Origin: Gammaproteobacteria bacterium
GTDB lineage: Bacteria; Pseudomonadota; Gammaproteobacteria; Eutrophobiales; Eutrophobiaceae
Direction: 5' to 3'
DNA: 64,000 bases
Assembly (NCBI GenBank): GCA_965116495.1
Contig: OZ220696.1
Location: forward strand, 2,112,001-2,176,000
A model generated the notes under the pieces. That model had not been told where the DNA came from. It was given only the letters and a program-made list of their open reading frames with translations, and ran no database searches. Positions 32,018-40,932 of the stretch are shown in pieces (position 1 is the stretch's first letter; each line of letters starts with the position of its first letter). Made by a program: the position numbers and the translations under genes.

Positions 32018-35000
32018 TGCGCTCACCCCATTCCAGCCAGGCCTCTTGCATGGCCGGGACATTGCCGCGCTCGGTGTGTTTTACGGGGTTGGCGCCAGTG
32101 ATGTCGCGCAGCGCGTGGAACCAGTGGCCACCCGTTTCTCGCTTCCCTTCCAGTGTCTCTCGCATCCTTTCCAGTATCAGGGGCACTGTCGGCTCGCCCA
32201 TGCTGATGATTTCCATGTGAGCCGGGTGTTCGGCGGCGCGGTCTGAGTTAGATAGAAATATGGTTTCTTTCTCCCATTGGTCGGCGAGTTCTGCGAAGCG
32301 TTGACGGTCGGCAGGTTCGACCTCTACTGCGTCGGCGTACTGCCCGTAGCCCAGGCCGCGCACATGCGGCTCTTGGTGCAACAGCAGACGCAGCCGAGTG
32401 AGCTCGGAGGCGTCCCATCCCATCGCCTCGGCCACGGCTTCATCCCAGAGGCGGCGTACTACGCATTCGCCGTCTCGGAATTGCGGCACAACCATATCCT
32501 TGGTGCGCTCCCAGCAGTCGGCTAGAGTCTGACGGATACCGTCATTCTTGATGTCGGGTACTCTGAGGTTGTTTGTTGACCGTGGTGAGTAGCTTGGAAA
32601 CGACAGTTTTTTACCTGGACTTCGCATAATTTGCAGTCGTCCCAGCGTCGAGTTGACAAAGACAGCGACAGCCTTCGCTTCGTCGATGGACAAGCCGACT
32701 ACGGGGAACCAAGTCTGCCCAAGATACTTGGTTTCGCTCGCGGTCGCAGTCAAACGTGCTGTACTGTTGTCTTGTCCCGCGGTTATCAGTAGGTGCGATG
32801 ACCATTCCAGATAATGTCTTGCTTGGCGTTCTCGTCCCTTTTTAAAAACCCAATACCCATCGGGCGTGGATTGGATCGTCTTTTGGCCTTCAGCACCTTT
32901 CGATTCCAGAATGGGTATACTCTCTTCGTTTTCGTGATTTGATCTGTCGAAATTCTCACGCACCCTTCGGCTCCCGTCGTGAGAAATACAACCGGGTATT
33001 GACCCGAGGGGTAGCAGGTTGGGATCGTTCGCAAATTCCTGGCCTGCTTTCGCTAATATCGGCGAACGCCAGATTGCCGGTGTCCAGTCACCTGCCTTTA
33101 TGCTTCCCGCAGGCCAGTAAGACACTACACCCCAACCATCCTGAAGTTGCCCTTCTTTACACTGCAAGAGAGCTTGGTGCAATTCATGGGCGTGCCTGTC
33201 ATCAGTTGGCAGCCTGTCTAGGTTGACGAACCGCGTTGGCGGCCTTGCACCTTTGCATCGACGCATGACGATGATACTTTCGTTAACGTTGGTGTGCTGG
33301 CTCATATTGATGTTGTTGGGCTGGTGGCAGGTCAGTATGGTGTGGATGTGATAACGCTCAGCCAGTATGCGACGCTCATTCAATCCAGAAGGTGCACACA
33401 GGGCAATAGTGGGATTAATCATTGCCAAAACACCTGCTTGCCTCTGCAAGCACCTGTCAGCCAGAGCTACGAATAAAGGTCTGATAGAGTTCTTGTCCAC
33501 AAAGTTGTCCATGTCGTTGTCGCTGCGGATCAGTATGCGCTCCATATGGTCAACGCTGGAACGAAGTGCTTGTTGTGCCTCTTTGGGGAACTTCTCTCCC
33601 ATATTGGCGCGGTTGGTGAACGGCGGGTTCATAATGACAATGTGCGCATCCTTCACAGCATCCACGGCATCTTCCAGTTCGGCACCGTCCTTCGTCTCCC
33701 ACGTCGCCTGGGAACCGATGGCATCGTCACCAAAGTCCAGCTCGTTCAGCCTTTGAACGACAGCCCGCTGTCCCAACAATTCGAGCGTGCCGGTATATAC
33801 CCTGTCCGGGGCGCGCCTGTCGGGTCCGTATGGCATCAGGTGCAGCCCCATCCTCCGGTAGCTGACTCTCTGGTTGCCCGCGGTTAATTGTGAGGCAGCC
33901 AGTTGCAGTGATACCGGATTGATATCTAACCCTTTGAGGGTGTCTTCGACCGCAATTTTCTGAAGCGAGGTCAGGGCCTCTGTGTCTGCGCCCTCCTCTG
34001 TAGCCCTGCGCTTCATGTCGGAGAGCATGGCGGCAAGCAGGGTCCCGCTGCCGCAGGCAAGATCAACAGTCTTGTGAGCGCGCCATATCTCAGGATCAGA
34101 CCAGTCCTGGGCGCCGCATGCATCAAGCGTCAGACGGGCAGCCAGCGACGCAGCAACGGGCCGGGTAAAGTAAGCGCCGTCCGATGCCTGATTACCCATG
34201 ACACGGTTGAACAGCGGTCCCGCATGGTCAGCGCCCATGTCCGCGTAGGTCTCGGCGATGCGTTCTGCCTCCGCAGCGAGGTGATGCAGCGCGCGTTGCA
34301 GTCCGGCAGTCTTGCCCGTTTCTTCAACGGCATATATTGCCTCCAGCGCGGGTTCAAGCACCGGCCGGAAGTCGTGGCGCATGATGCGTTCCCATTCCCG
34401 GCTCAATTTCTGCACAACATTGGCCTCGTTTTTAATGGACGAGAGATCGCTGACGCCCGGCAGCCAGCCGCCGTTGGCGACGCGCTGGTGCAGCATGGCG
34501 GCGTTCATCAGCAGCAGTGAGGCTGTGGTGCAGCCGTCTGCTTGGTTCTTGTTTGTTTCTCTCAGTTGGTCCAGCCCAAAGTGCCGGTTCAGCGCGGGCT
34601 GCAATTCGTCAGCGCGCAGGTGATGCGCCGCTTCGTTGACGCTGCCTTCCAGTATATTCAGGTCGCGCATTACGCGATTACCGCTCAGTCCGGACTTGGT
34701 CAGCAGGTTCATCTTGATGGCGCTGCCATGATCTTCAAGCCCGCTCAACTTGAGTATCAGTTGCCCCTTTTCCTCCGCTCGTTCCTTGGCGGTTTTGCCG
34801 GGCTCGCGCTGTCTGCCCGGCTGCACACGAATACCACCATCACCGGTATTTATCATTTTCCGAGCTTTGGCTTTGGTTCGCTGTATGTTCACAACGCCCC
34901 GTGCCTCGCCTGCTTTTGGCTTGTCGCGGGTTACGGAGTCCGCGCGCAGTTCAACCGTTCCGTCCTTGTTCTTCTTCCCTGTGAGGACTTGCGTCAGTTC

Positions 35001-37355
35001 CACTGCACCTGTAACGTAACCGGCGGGGGGTTCTTTGATACCCGCGCCGGCACGCGCGTCAAGGAACGGTGTGCTTGTGCCATAATCGGCGCGCAGTTCT
35101 TCGATAGGCCGTATGCCGGCCGCGGCGCGGGGCTTGCCTGCCAATGCCTGCTCAACCGCTTCCTGCGCGGCGCCGGGTGGCCCTTTAACCTCGCCATACT
35201 GTATACGTGTGTCCTCGCCAGTGGCGACCGCCACCAAGGTGCGCTCCAGCGGCGGCGGCTTGGGAATATACAGGTGCAAGAGTTCCTCAAGGTTATCCTC
35301 GATACGCTGGTCATGGGCGCGCAAAGCCAGTAGTATCTGTCCCAACTCCTGCCACCCTTCTTCCGGGCCGCTGGTGCTCAACCACTTCTCGGGGTCGGCA
35401 GTAGGCGGGAACACGATAGGACAGACGATGTAGCCCAGCTCCTTGCCGGGCGCGGTTCGCATCGCACGCCCGACGGCTTGCACAACGTCTATGGGACTCT
35501 TTCGAGCTTCCAGGAACGCTACCGCGCTCAATGACGGCGAATCGGTCCCCTCTCCGAATATGCCCACATTGATAATGCCGTGAGGGCATGCCTCATCAGC
35601 GGCAGCCAACCGTTCCTTCGCGATTTCACGCGCCGCGGCGTTGCTCGAAGCATCCAGGTGTTCGAGGCTGTAATCGGATGCAACCCTGCCGTCTGCGTTC
35701 TCGCTGAGCCATCGTGAGACCCACTCCTTCACATTATCGGTTTGCAGATCCGCCGCCATGTTCTTGGACTTGTCCACCGTGTTCATGAAGGCAATGCACG
35801 ATCTGATGTTCACTTCTTTGCCTTGAGTCGCTCCACCCATCGTGAGAGCAAACGCCAGGCCACGCAGGTAGTCGGAGGTCGTTAGCTGACCGCGTCCTGT
35901 GCTTTTGGTTTCCTTCGCCAGCTCGTTCGCCGTCTTGAACGCCTCAGGGTCGGTGATACCCATGGCGATGATGCGGTAGTCGGACAGCCAACGGTTGCGC
36001 ACGGCTTCCAGGTAGCTCTTGCGGTACAGTTCCACTCCGAAGGTGGTTTCATCGTCCATTGAGCGGACAATCCAGTTCGGGTTGCCTGTAGGACGCTTGC
36101 CGTCGTAGATACGCGGCGTAGCCGTTTGATAGACGCGGTAAGTAGCGGGGAACCTGGCGCTGTCATGGCAGATGGTGAAATCGCGCAGACGCTGTTCCTC
36201 TACGTTCGCGCTGGCGGACTGAACGTTCCTGCGCTTCAGCCCTGCCGTTCTGTGCGCTTCGTCGGCAATCATTACACACGCCCTGACACCGGCGCTCAGC
36301 AGGGCTTCCGATACCTTGGCGCTGCTCTGGTAAGTACCAATGAGAACCTTGATCCCGTTGTCGAAAGCACTCTGGCATATCCAGTCGGCTATTTCACCGG
36401 CATCGGTGGTTACCTTGCCCTTCACTTCGGAAGCACTGACGTTGCTGTTATCGACTGTCGGATCCCGTGTGGCGTTGCGGCTTCCTTCTTTCCTTGGGTC
36501 ATAGCCCGCCGTGGCATCCGAGCAGACTGCCAGCACGTCTATCGAAGCGGAAGCGTTTTGCAGGTATTCTCGCCTTATCTGGGCAACGAGCGCGATGGAC
36601 GGACACAGCACGATGGACAGTTTGCCCGGAGGCGTCAGTTCTTCGATGATCCGGAGCGATATGCGAGTCTTTCCCGTTCCGCAGGGCAGAATGATTCTAC
36701 CTCGGGCCTCACCTATAGGTAGTCCACCGCTTTCCGAGCGTTCCTGTTCCCTGAGTATGCGGACACTGTTGGCGACGGCTTCATTTTGCATGCAGGATTT
36801 TGTCTGCAGCCGTTCGCTGCCGTCTGGATTCGGTTGGCAATGCTCGCACTCCTCGGATGCGACATTCGCCTGCCGCTGCTGGTGAAGGTCGTTTGTGATA
36901 TTGACCAGCTTGAGGGGCTGCGCATGCATCGATGCTGACTGTGCTGCGCCACTGGCAAGTGGATTGTCGCCATTGGTAACGACCCAGCGTTCCGCCCAGA
37001 AGTCTGAAGCGGATGCAGCCGCGAATTTGGCTATCTCGTTGCTATTGATTGAGGCGCCGCGGCCCTCGTCGTCAAGCCGGCGCGACTTGCACTGGATTGC
37101 GATGTATTTCCTGTCGTTGCGACGCACGGCTACGGCGTCTATCCCCACATCCAGCCTGGTAGTTTCCGGGAATCGCATCTCTCTATCAGGCCACTCGTCC
37201 CAATGCCAGCACTCTGCGATGTCCCATTCCTTGATGTATGGACCGGACTCCACTGTGACGACTTCAAGCCATTCGCCATCGGTCTCCTGAGGATTCATCT
37301 CGGCTGTCTTCTTGATCGCTTCTTCGATGATGTCTTGTTCAGTGGAGGTATTCAA
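32004..37355 (-). CDS. Single-chain Type ISP-like restriction-modification enzyme with an extra C-terminal helical domain
   Basis: DVGIDAVA...IAIQCK (Mrr-like PD-(D/E)XK); LPCGTGKT, IADEAH, TATP, QAVGRAMR (SF2 helicase); GAYFTRP, VDLACGSG, IMNPPF (amino-methyltransferase); variable TRD; extra last ~100 aa. Confidence 0.88.
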   Translation of the reverse strand: MNTSTEQDIIEEAIKKTAEMNPQETDGEWLEVVTVESGPYIKEWDIAECWHWDEWPDREMRFPETTRLDVGIDAVAVRRNDRKYIAIQCKSRRLDDEGRGASINSNEIAKFAAASASDFWAERWVVTNGDNPLASGAAQSASMHAQPLKLVNITNDLHQQRQANVASEECEHCQPNPDGSERLQTKSCMQNEAVANSVRILREQERSESGGLPIGEARGRIILPCGTGKTRISLRIIEELTPPGKLSIVLCPSIALVAQIRREYLQNASASIDVLAVCSDATAGYDPRKEGSRNATRDPTVDNSNVSASEVKGKVTTDAGEIADWICQSAFDNGIKVLIGTYQSSAKVSEALLSAGVRACVMIADEAHRTAGLKRRNVQSASANVEEQRLRDFTICHDSARFPATYRVYQTATPRIYDGKRPTGNPNWIVRSMDDETTFGVELYRKSYLEAVRNRWLSDYRIIAMGITDPEAFKTANELAKETKSTGRGQLTTSDYLRGLAFALTMGGATQGKEVNIRSCIAFMNTVDKSKNMAADLQTDNVKEWVSRWLSENADGRVASDYSLEHLDASSNAAAREIAKERLAAADEACPHGIINVGIFGEGTDSPSLSAVAFLEARKSPIDVVQAVGRAMRTAPGKELGYIVCPIVFPPTADPEKWLSTSGPEEGWQELGQILLALRAHDQRIEDNLEELLHLYIPKPPPLERTLVAVATGEDTRIQYGEVKGPPGAAQEAVEQALAGKPRAAAGIRPIEELRADYGTSTPFLDARAGAGIKEPPAGYVTGAVELTQVLTGKKNKDGTVELRADSVTRDKPKAGEARGVVNIQRTKAKARKMINTGDGGIRVQPGRQREPGKTAKERAEEKGQLILKLSGLEDHGSAIKMNLLTKSGLSGNRVMRDLNILEGSVNEAAHHLRADELQPALNRHFGLDQLRETNKNQADGCTTASLLLMNAAMLHQRVANGGWLPGVSDLSSIKNEANVVQKLSREWERIMRHDFRPVLEPALEAIYAVEETGKTAGLQRALHHLAAEAERIAETYADMGADHAGPLFNRVMGNQASDGAYFTRPVAASLAARLTLDACGAQDWSDPEIWRAHKTVDLACGSGTLLAAMLSDMKRRATEEGADTEALTSLQKIAVEDTLKGLDINPVSLQLAASQLTAGNQRVSYRRMGLHLMPYGPDRRAPDRVYTGTLELLGQRAVVQRLNELDFGDDAIGSQATWETKDGAELEDAVDAVKDAHIVIMNPPFTNRANMGEKFPKEAQQALRSSVDHMERILIRSDNDMDNFVDKNSIRPLFVALADRCLQRQAGVLAMINPTIALCAPSGLNERRILAERYHIHTILTCHQPNNINMSQHTNVNESIIVMRRCKGARPPTRFVNLDRLPTDDRHAHELHQALLQCKEGQLQDGWGVVSYWPAGSIKAGDWTPAIWRSPILAKAGQEFANDPNLLPLGSIPGCISHDGSRRVRENFDRSNHENEESIPILESKGAEGQKTIQSTPDGYWVFKKGRERQARHYLEWSSHLLITAGQDNSTARLTATASETKYLGQTWFPVVGLSIDEAKAVAVFVNSTLGRLQIMRSPGKKLSFPSYSPRSTNNLRVPDIKNDGIRQTLADCWERTKDMVVPQFRDGECVVRRLWDEAVAEAMGWDASELTRLRLLLHQEPHVRGLGYGQYADAVEVEPADRQRFAELADQWEKETIFLSNSDRAAEHPAHMEIISMGEPTVPLILERMRETLEGKRETGGHWFHALRDITGANPVKHTERGNVPAMQEAWLEWGERNGYT

Positions 37356-37863
37356 TCGTTTCTTCCTCTTGGGACATGTTTCTTTTCTGATTGCCTTTCA
37401 TTTTATCAGAAGTTCGTGAAGCATCCCCACTCTCGGCGCATTGGCGCCACACAGGAGACTCGTAGACGTGTGGTCGTAATGACGGTCCAACATCTCGGCT
37501 GCCACTGTTTGCACATCTTCATGATCCCCACGTTATAAATCATGCCACCTTCAGCCTTGAAATATCTCTCATGTCTGCTCAATAAAGTTGGTTTTTTTCA
37601 TGACTAAACCCTCCTCATAGTTATGTGATTTTGCCAATAAACCCCTGGTTTTGATTAGTCTGATTTTATGGAAAGAGGTCAAGTCATGCCCTTAGCTACA
37701 ACCCTGTAAATGACCTCGTAAATACTTTTATGTATTTGATATTCTTACTATTTAATGGTATATTGCCAGCTATGTTTTCGAGCATGAAATGTGTTTCTTA
37801 ACATTGCGATATCCTGCTGAAAAGGTCCTTGTGATGGCATTAACCTGTATCAAAAGGTTGCTG

Positions 37864-38403
37864 ATGAAGCTGTTGGGTCTCAGCATGTTGTCGTTGATGG
37901 CGCTGTCAATCCAGGGACATCCCGGACGCACAGACTCCGAGGGCTGTCACGCAGGTAAACTGCCGCGGCATTGCCATGACGGTGCACGGTCCAGCCAGCC
38001 TGCACAGGGCAACCCATTGGCGCCGATGAATGAAACAGGCCGTTCAGCGCCACGCACGACTGCGTCAGAGAATGATTACAATCGCTGGTTTTGTACCCTG
38101 GTCAACGGGGAGACGGAAACCCGTCATGGGTACGCGTCTGCCGACGGCCGCAGTTTCGTGGACGTGGATTGTGAGACCGGCACGATGGTTTACGAGGGCG
38201 GCCTGGATAAGCGCAGCAGTCTGGACAGCGTACAGCAGGCGCTGTTTTTCAGTCACGTGACCGGCAAGCGACCGGCAGTGGTGATTTATGACACGGATGG
38301 CCGGGAAGGCCGGTTTGAGTACCGGATCAGGATCGCCTGCCGGAAAGCCGGGGTGCGTTATGAGGTTTTTCGGAAGGGGCCTGTTGGTCGAAGCGAGACA
38401 TAA
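37864..38403 (+). CDS. Secreted YHYH-domain plus PD-(D/E)XK-fold protein
   Basis: Signal peptide MKLLGLSMLSLMALSIQG, HPGRTDSEGCH...HCH, then VDVDCET..VYE.G.DK..DSVQQALF..TGKRPAVVIY. Confidence 0.65.
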   Translation: MKLLGLSMLSLMALSIQGHPGRTDSEGCHAGKLPRHCHDGARSSQPAQGNPLAPMNETGRSAPRTTASENDYNRWFCTLVNGETETRHGYASADGRSFVDVDCETGTMVYEGGLDKRSSLDSVQQALFFSHVTGKRPAVVIYDTDGREGRFEYRIRIACRKAGVRYEVFRKGPVGRSET

Positions 38404-38672
38404 CGTAGATTCTCAAGAAGCCTGGACAACCATAAAAAAACACCCTGATACTCGTCAGCAACAGGGTGTTATCATGATATAGCCTATGATTGGACAATAG
38501 GAATAAACAAAACTCTGACAGCGCCCAGCCGTGTATCCATACCTGCACCCGCCCGATATTGGAATATGGGTATACCGTCATTAGCTTTGTCGGGTGCAAC
38601 ATTATTGGTGTTTCGCCGTGCATTATGTGACGATCCCTAATTTGTCAAGTACTCTTTATAATTCCTCTTCTA

Positions 38673-39560
38673 ATGAATATCCCGTGGCCTGGAAATAAAT
38701 GCATCCTTTGTTTGAAAGAGTCACCTCTATCAAAGGAGCATATTATTCCTGAGGCGTTCGGCGGCATTCTTACATGTTCGCTTCTCTGTAGAGACTGCAA
38801 TTCTAATCTTGGTTCCTCCGTCGAAGCGGAAGCGAAAACAGATCCCTCAGTTCGGATCGCTGTTGCTAATCTTCAATCGCAGATACCGGGACTGGCTGAC
38901 AGACTCATGGAAAATCAGAATTTTGTTTCCCATGGTCCGGGCGGAACTGAGCAAGGAACAGTTCGTGATGGGGAGTATCGGGTTCGCTCACAAAAGAAGG
39001 AAGATGGCTCACTGATTCAACCAACAGACTGCGCTCGCAAGTCGATTATAACAATTCTGCAGAGAGGTGGTGCTGGTCAGGCTGCCATACGGGAATCGTT
39101 ACGGAAATTTGATGAAGGAGGAGAAAATGAGAGAATCAGACTCGCCCTTGGCGTAGAAACGATCAGATGGGCCGTAGAAAAGATCGACCCCGATTTGAGC
39201 AGTAACAGACTTCTGACTCCACTGGTTCCACTTAAAATCGCCTACGAATTTATTGCATGTCATCTGGGAACTGCTATCTACGGCGAAACTCTACAAATTC
39301 AGGAGATACGAACTGCGTTACTAGATAGCATCAAAGATCATCCATCCTTTGAAGTGGAACGACTGGAAGCGCCGGAATACAAGCCGTTTCATGGAATATG
39401 TTTTGAAGGAAATGACCCACATGGAAAGGTGTTGATCAGGCTATTTGGCCGGCTTGCTTTTCGAGTCCATTTTCGGTGGTTGGCGTTTGGTGGCTCTCGC
39501 TTCGTCTATACGCATTGTCTGGCTACCCATGAAGATAGTTTGGACGAATTGTCAGACTGA
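38673..39560 (+). CDS. HNH endonuclease (HNH_5-like) domain protein
   Basis: CILC...KEHIIPEAFGG...LCRDCNSNLG zinc-finger HNH at the N-terminus; unknown C-terminal domain. Confidence 0.8.
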   Translation: MNIPWPGNKCILCLKESPLSKEHIIPEAFGGILTCSLLCRDCNSNLGSSVEAEAKTDPSVRIAVANLQSQIPGLADRLMENQNFVSHGPGGTEQGTVRDGEYRVRSQKKEDGSLIQPTDCARKSIITILQRGGAGQAAIRESLRKFDEGGENERIRLALGVETIRWAVEKIDPDLSSNRLLTPLVPLKIAYEFIACHLGTAIYGETLQIQEIRTALLDSIKDHPSFEVERLEAPEYKPFHGICFEGNDPHGKVLIRLFGRLAFRVHFRWLAFGGSRFVYTHCLATHEDSLDELSD

Positions 39561-39626
39561 CAGCTTGTAGACAGATATTAAACCACTCAACTGAACGGAT
39601 TTGTCAATATCTTAAACTAGGAAAAT

Positions 39627-40733
39627 ATGAATAAAGACATCCTTGCTATCATCCATGAAATAACAGAAAAGTCTGTAGGAGGAAGATATATATTCCGCGG
39701 TGAACCTGAACATTATAACGATGTTTCTTCCAAGGCTTATCAAATATATGGCAGGCATTCAAACTTTGAATTGGTTGAAAACTTAATATTGAATGATGTC
39801 AAACAACATGATCGCAATATTGTAAACACGCCTCCCGAAGCAGTTATAGCCCTACTACAGCATTACGGAGGCGTAACTAACCTGATTGATTTTACAACCG
39901 ATTATCTCATCGCCTTGTTTTTTGCCTGCAACGGCAGTTTTGACAAAGACGGCCGCGTTATTCTGCTGAGGCAACGGCGTTATCATACTCTCGTTCCAAG
40001 TGTACCGGTTCATCGAGTCACCGCGCAAAAGAGCATCTTCGTACGGCCAAAGGAGGGAAACATCAAAATTGACAATGACAATGTCCGTATCGTAAATGTG
40101 CCAGGCAAATCAAAGCTATCAATTCTTGAACACCTGAGAAATTATCACGGACTTAGAAGAGAGACCATCTATAACGACATTCACGGCTTTATTATGCTGC
40201 AAAATCAAAATAGACGTGCCAGGGAAGAATTTAACCAAGGAGTTTTATATTTTAATAGTAAAAATTATATGACATCCATTCAACATTTTAATAAAGCCAT
40301 ACAGTCGGACCCGGAGCATGCCGGCAGTTGGAATAATCGTGGTGCTGCATATATCAAGACGGGTGATATTGACAAGGCCATCAAAGATTTCAAAAAAGCA
40401 ATTGAACTGGATCCGAATCATGCCATTGCCTGGAGCAACCTTGGGGCCTATTATCTCAGGAAAGGGGACATGGATAGCGCAATTAGTAACATAGAAAAAG
40501 CGATTGAACTAGAGGAGATGAACACGGAAAATCATGGCGACAGTCTGTTCAACCGCGCAATGTACAGGCTATACACGGAAGACTGGACAGGCGCTATGTC
40601 TGACTTGGTTGAAGCCCGTAAACATAGAGCTGACATCGCCGATTTGTTTAAGGAAGATTACAAAGACATAAGTACTTTCGAGGCGGATGCAAGGGTTAAA
40701 TTACCAACAGAAATTTCAGAAATGTTGGCATAA
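39627..40733 (+). CDS. FRG domain plus TPR protein
   Basis: YIFRGE, LQHYGGVTNLIDFTTDYLIALFFAC, AQKSIF; three to four TPRs (WNNRGAAY, KAIELDP, AWSNLGAYY); visibly AT-rich. Confidence 0.88.
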   Translation: MNKDILAIIHEITEKSVGGRYIFRGEPEHYNDVSSKAYQIYGRHSNFELVENLILNDVKQHDRNIVNTPPEAVIALLQHYGGVTNLIDFTTDYLIALFFACNGSFDKDGRVILLRQRRYHTLVPSVPVHRVTAQKSIFVRPKEGNIKIDNDNVRIVNVPGKSKLSILEHLRNYHGLRRETIYNDIHGFIMLQNQNRRAREEFNQGVLYFNSKNYMTSIQHFNKAIQSDPEHAGSWNNRGAAYIKTGDIDKAIKDFKKAIELDPNHAIAWSNLGAYYLRKGDMDSAISNIEKAIELEEMNTENHGDSLFNRAMYRLYTEDWTGAMSDLVEARKHRADIADLFKEDYKDISTFEADARVKLPTEISEMLA

Positions 40734-40932
40734 TCTCTGTAGGCGTCCCATGTTTCATCTTATTTCTATATTGGGGGCCATCTAGGACCTCGTGAGGCAC
40801 GAATCCAGCAAACTTCATCTACGAAGCTGGGTTGCCAGCATATGTCAACGCTAAGGAGCATCATCATGAAGACTGACAATACACTTTGGCGTTGTTTATA
40901 AATTGATCTGCGCTAACTTAATCTGCGGATAA

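Noticed and set aside
37400-37780. Possible controller or HTH gene upstream of the RM
   Set aside because: Only short interrupted frames; no HTH or C-protein motif recognised.
40853-40901. AAGGAG followed by 11-codon ORF MKTDNTLWRCL
   Set aside because: May be a truncated gene at the island edge but is too short to assign.
38400-40930. Integron cassette array
   Set aside because: No convincing paired RYYYAAC/GTTRRRY attC sites and no integrase.
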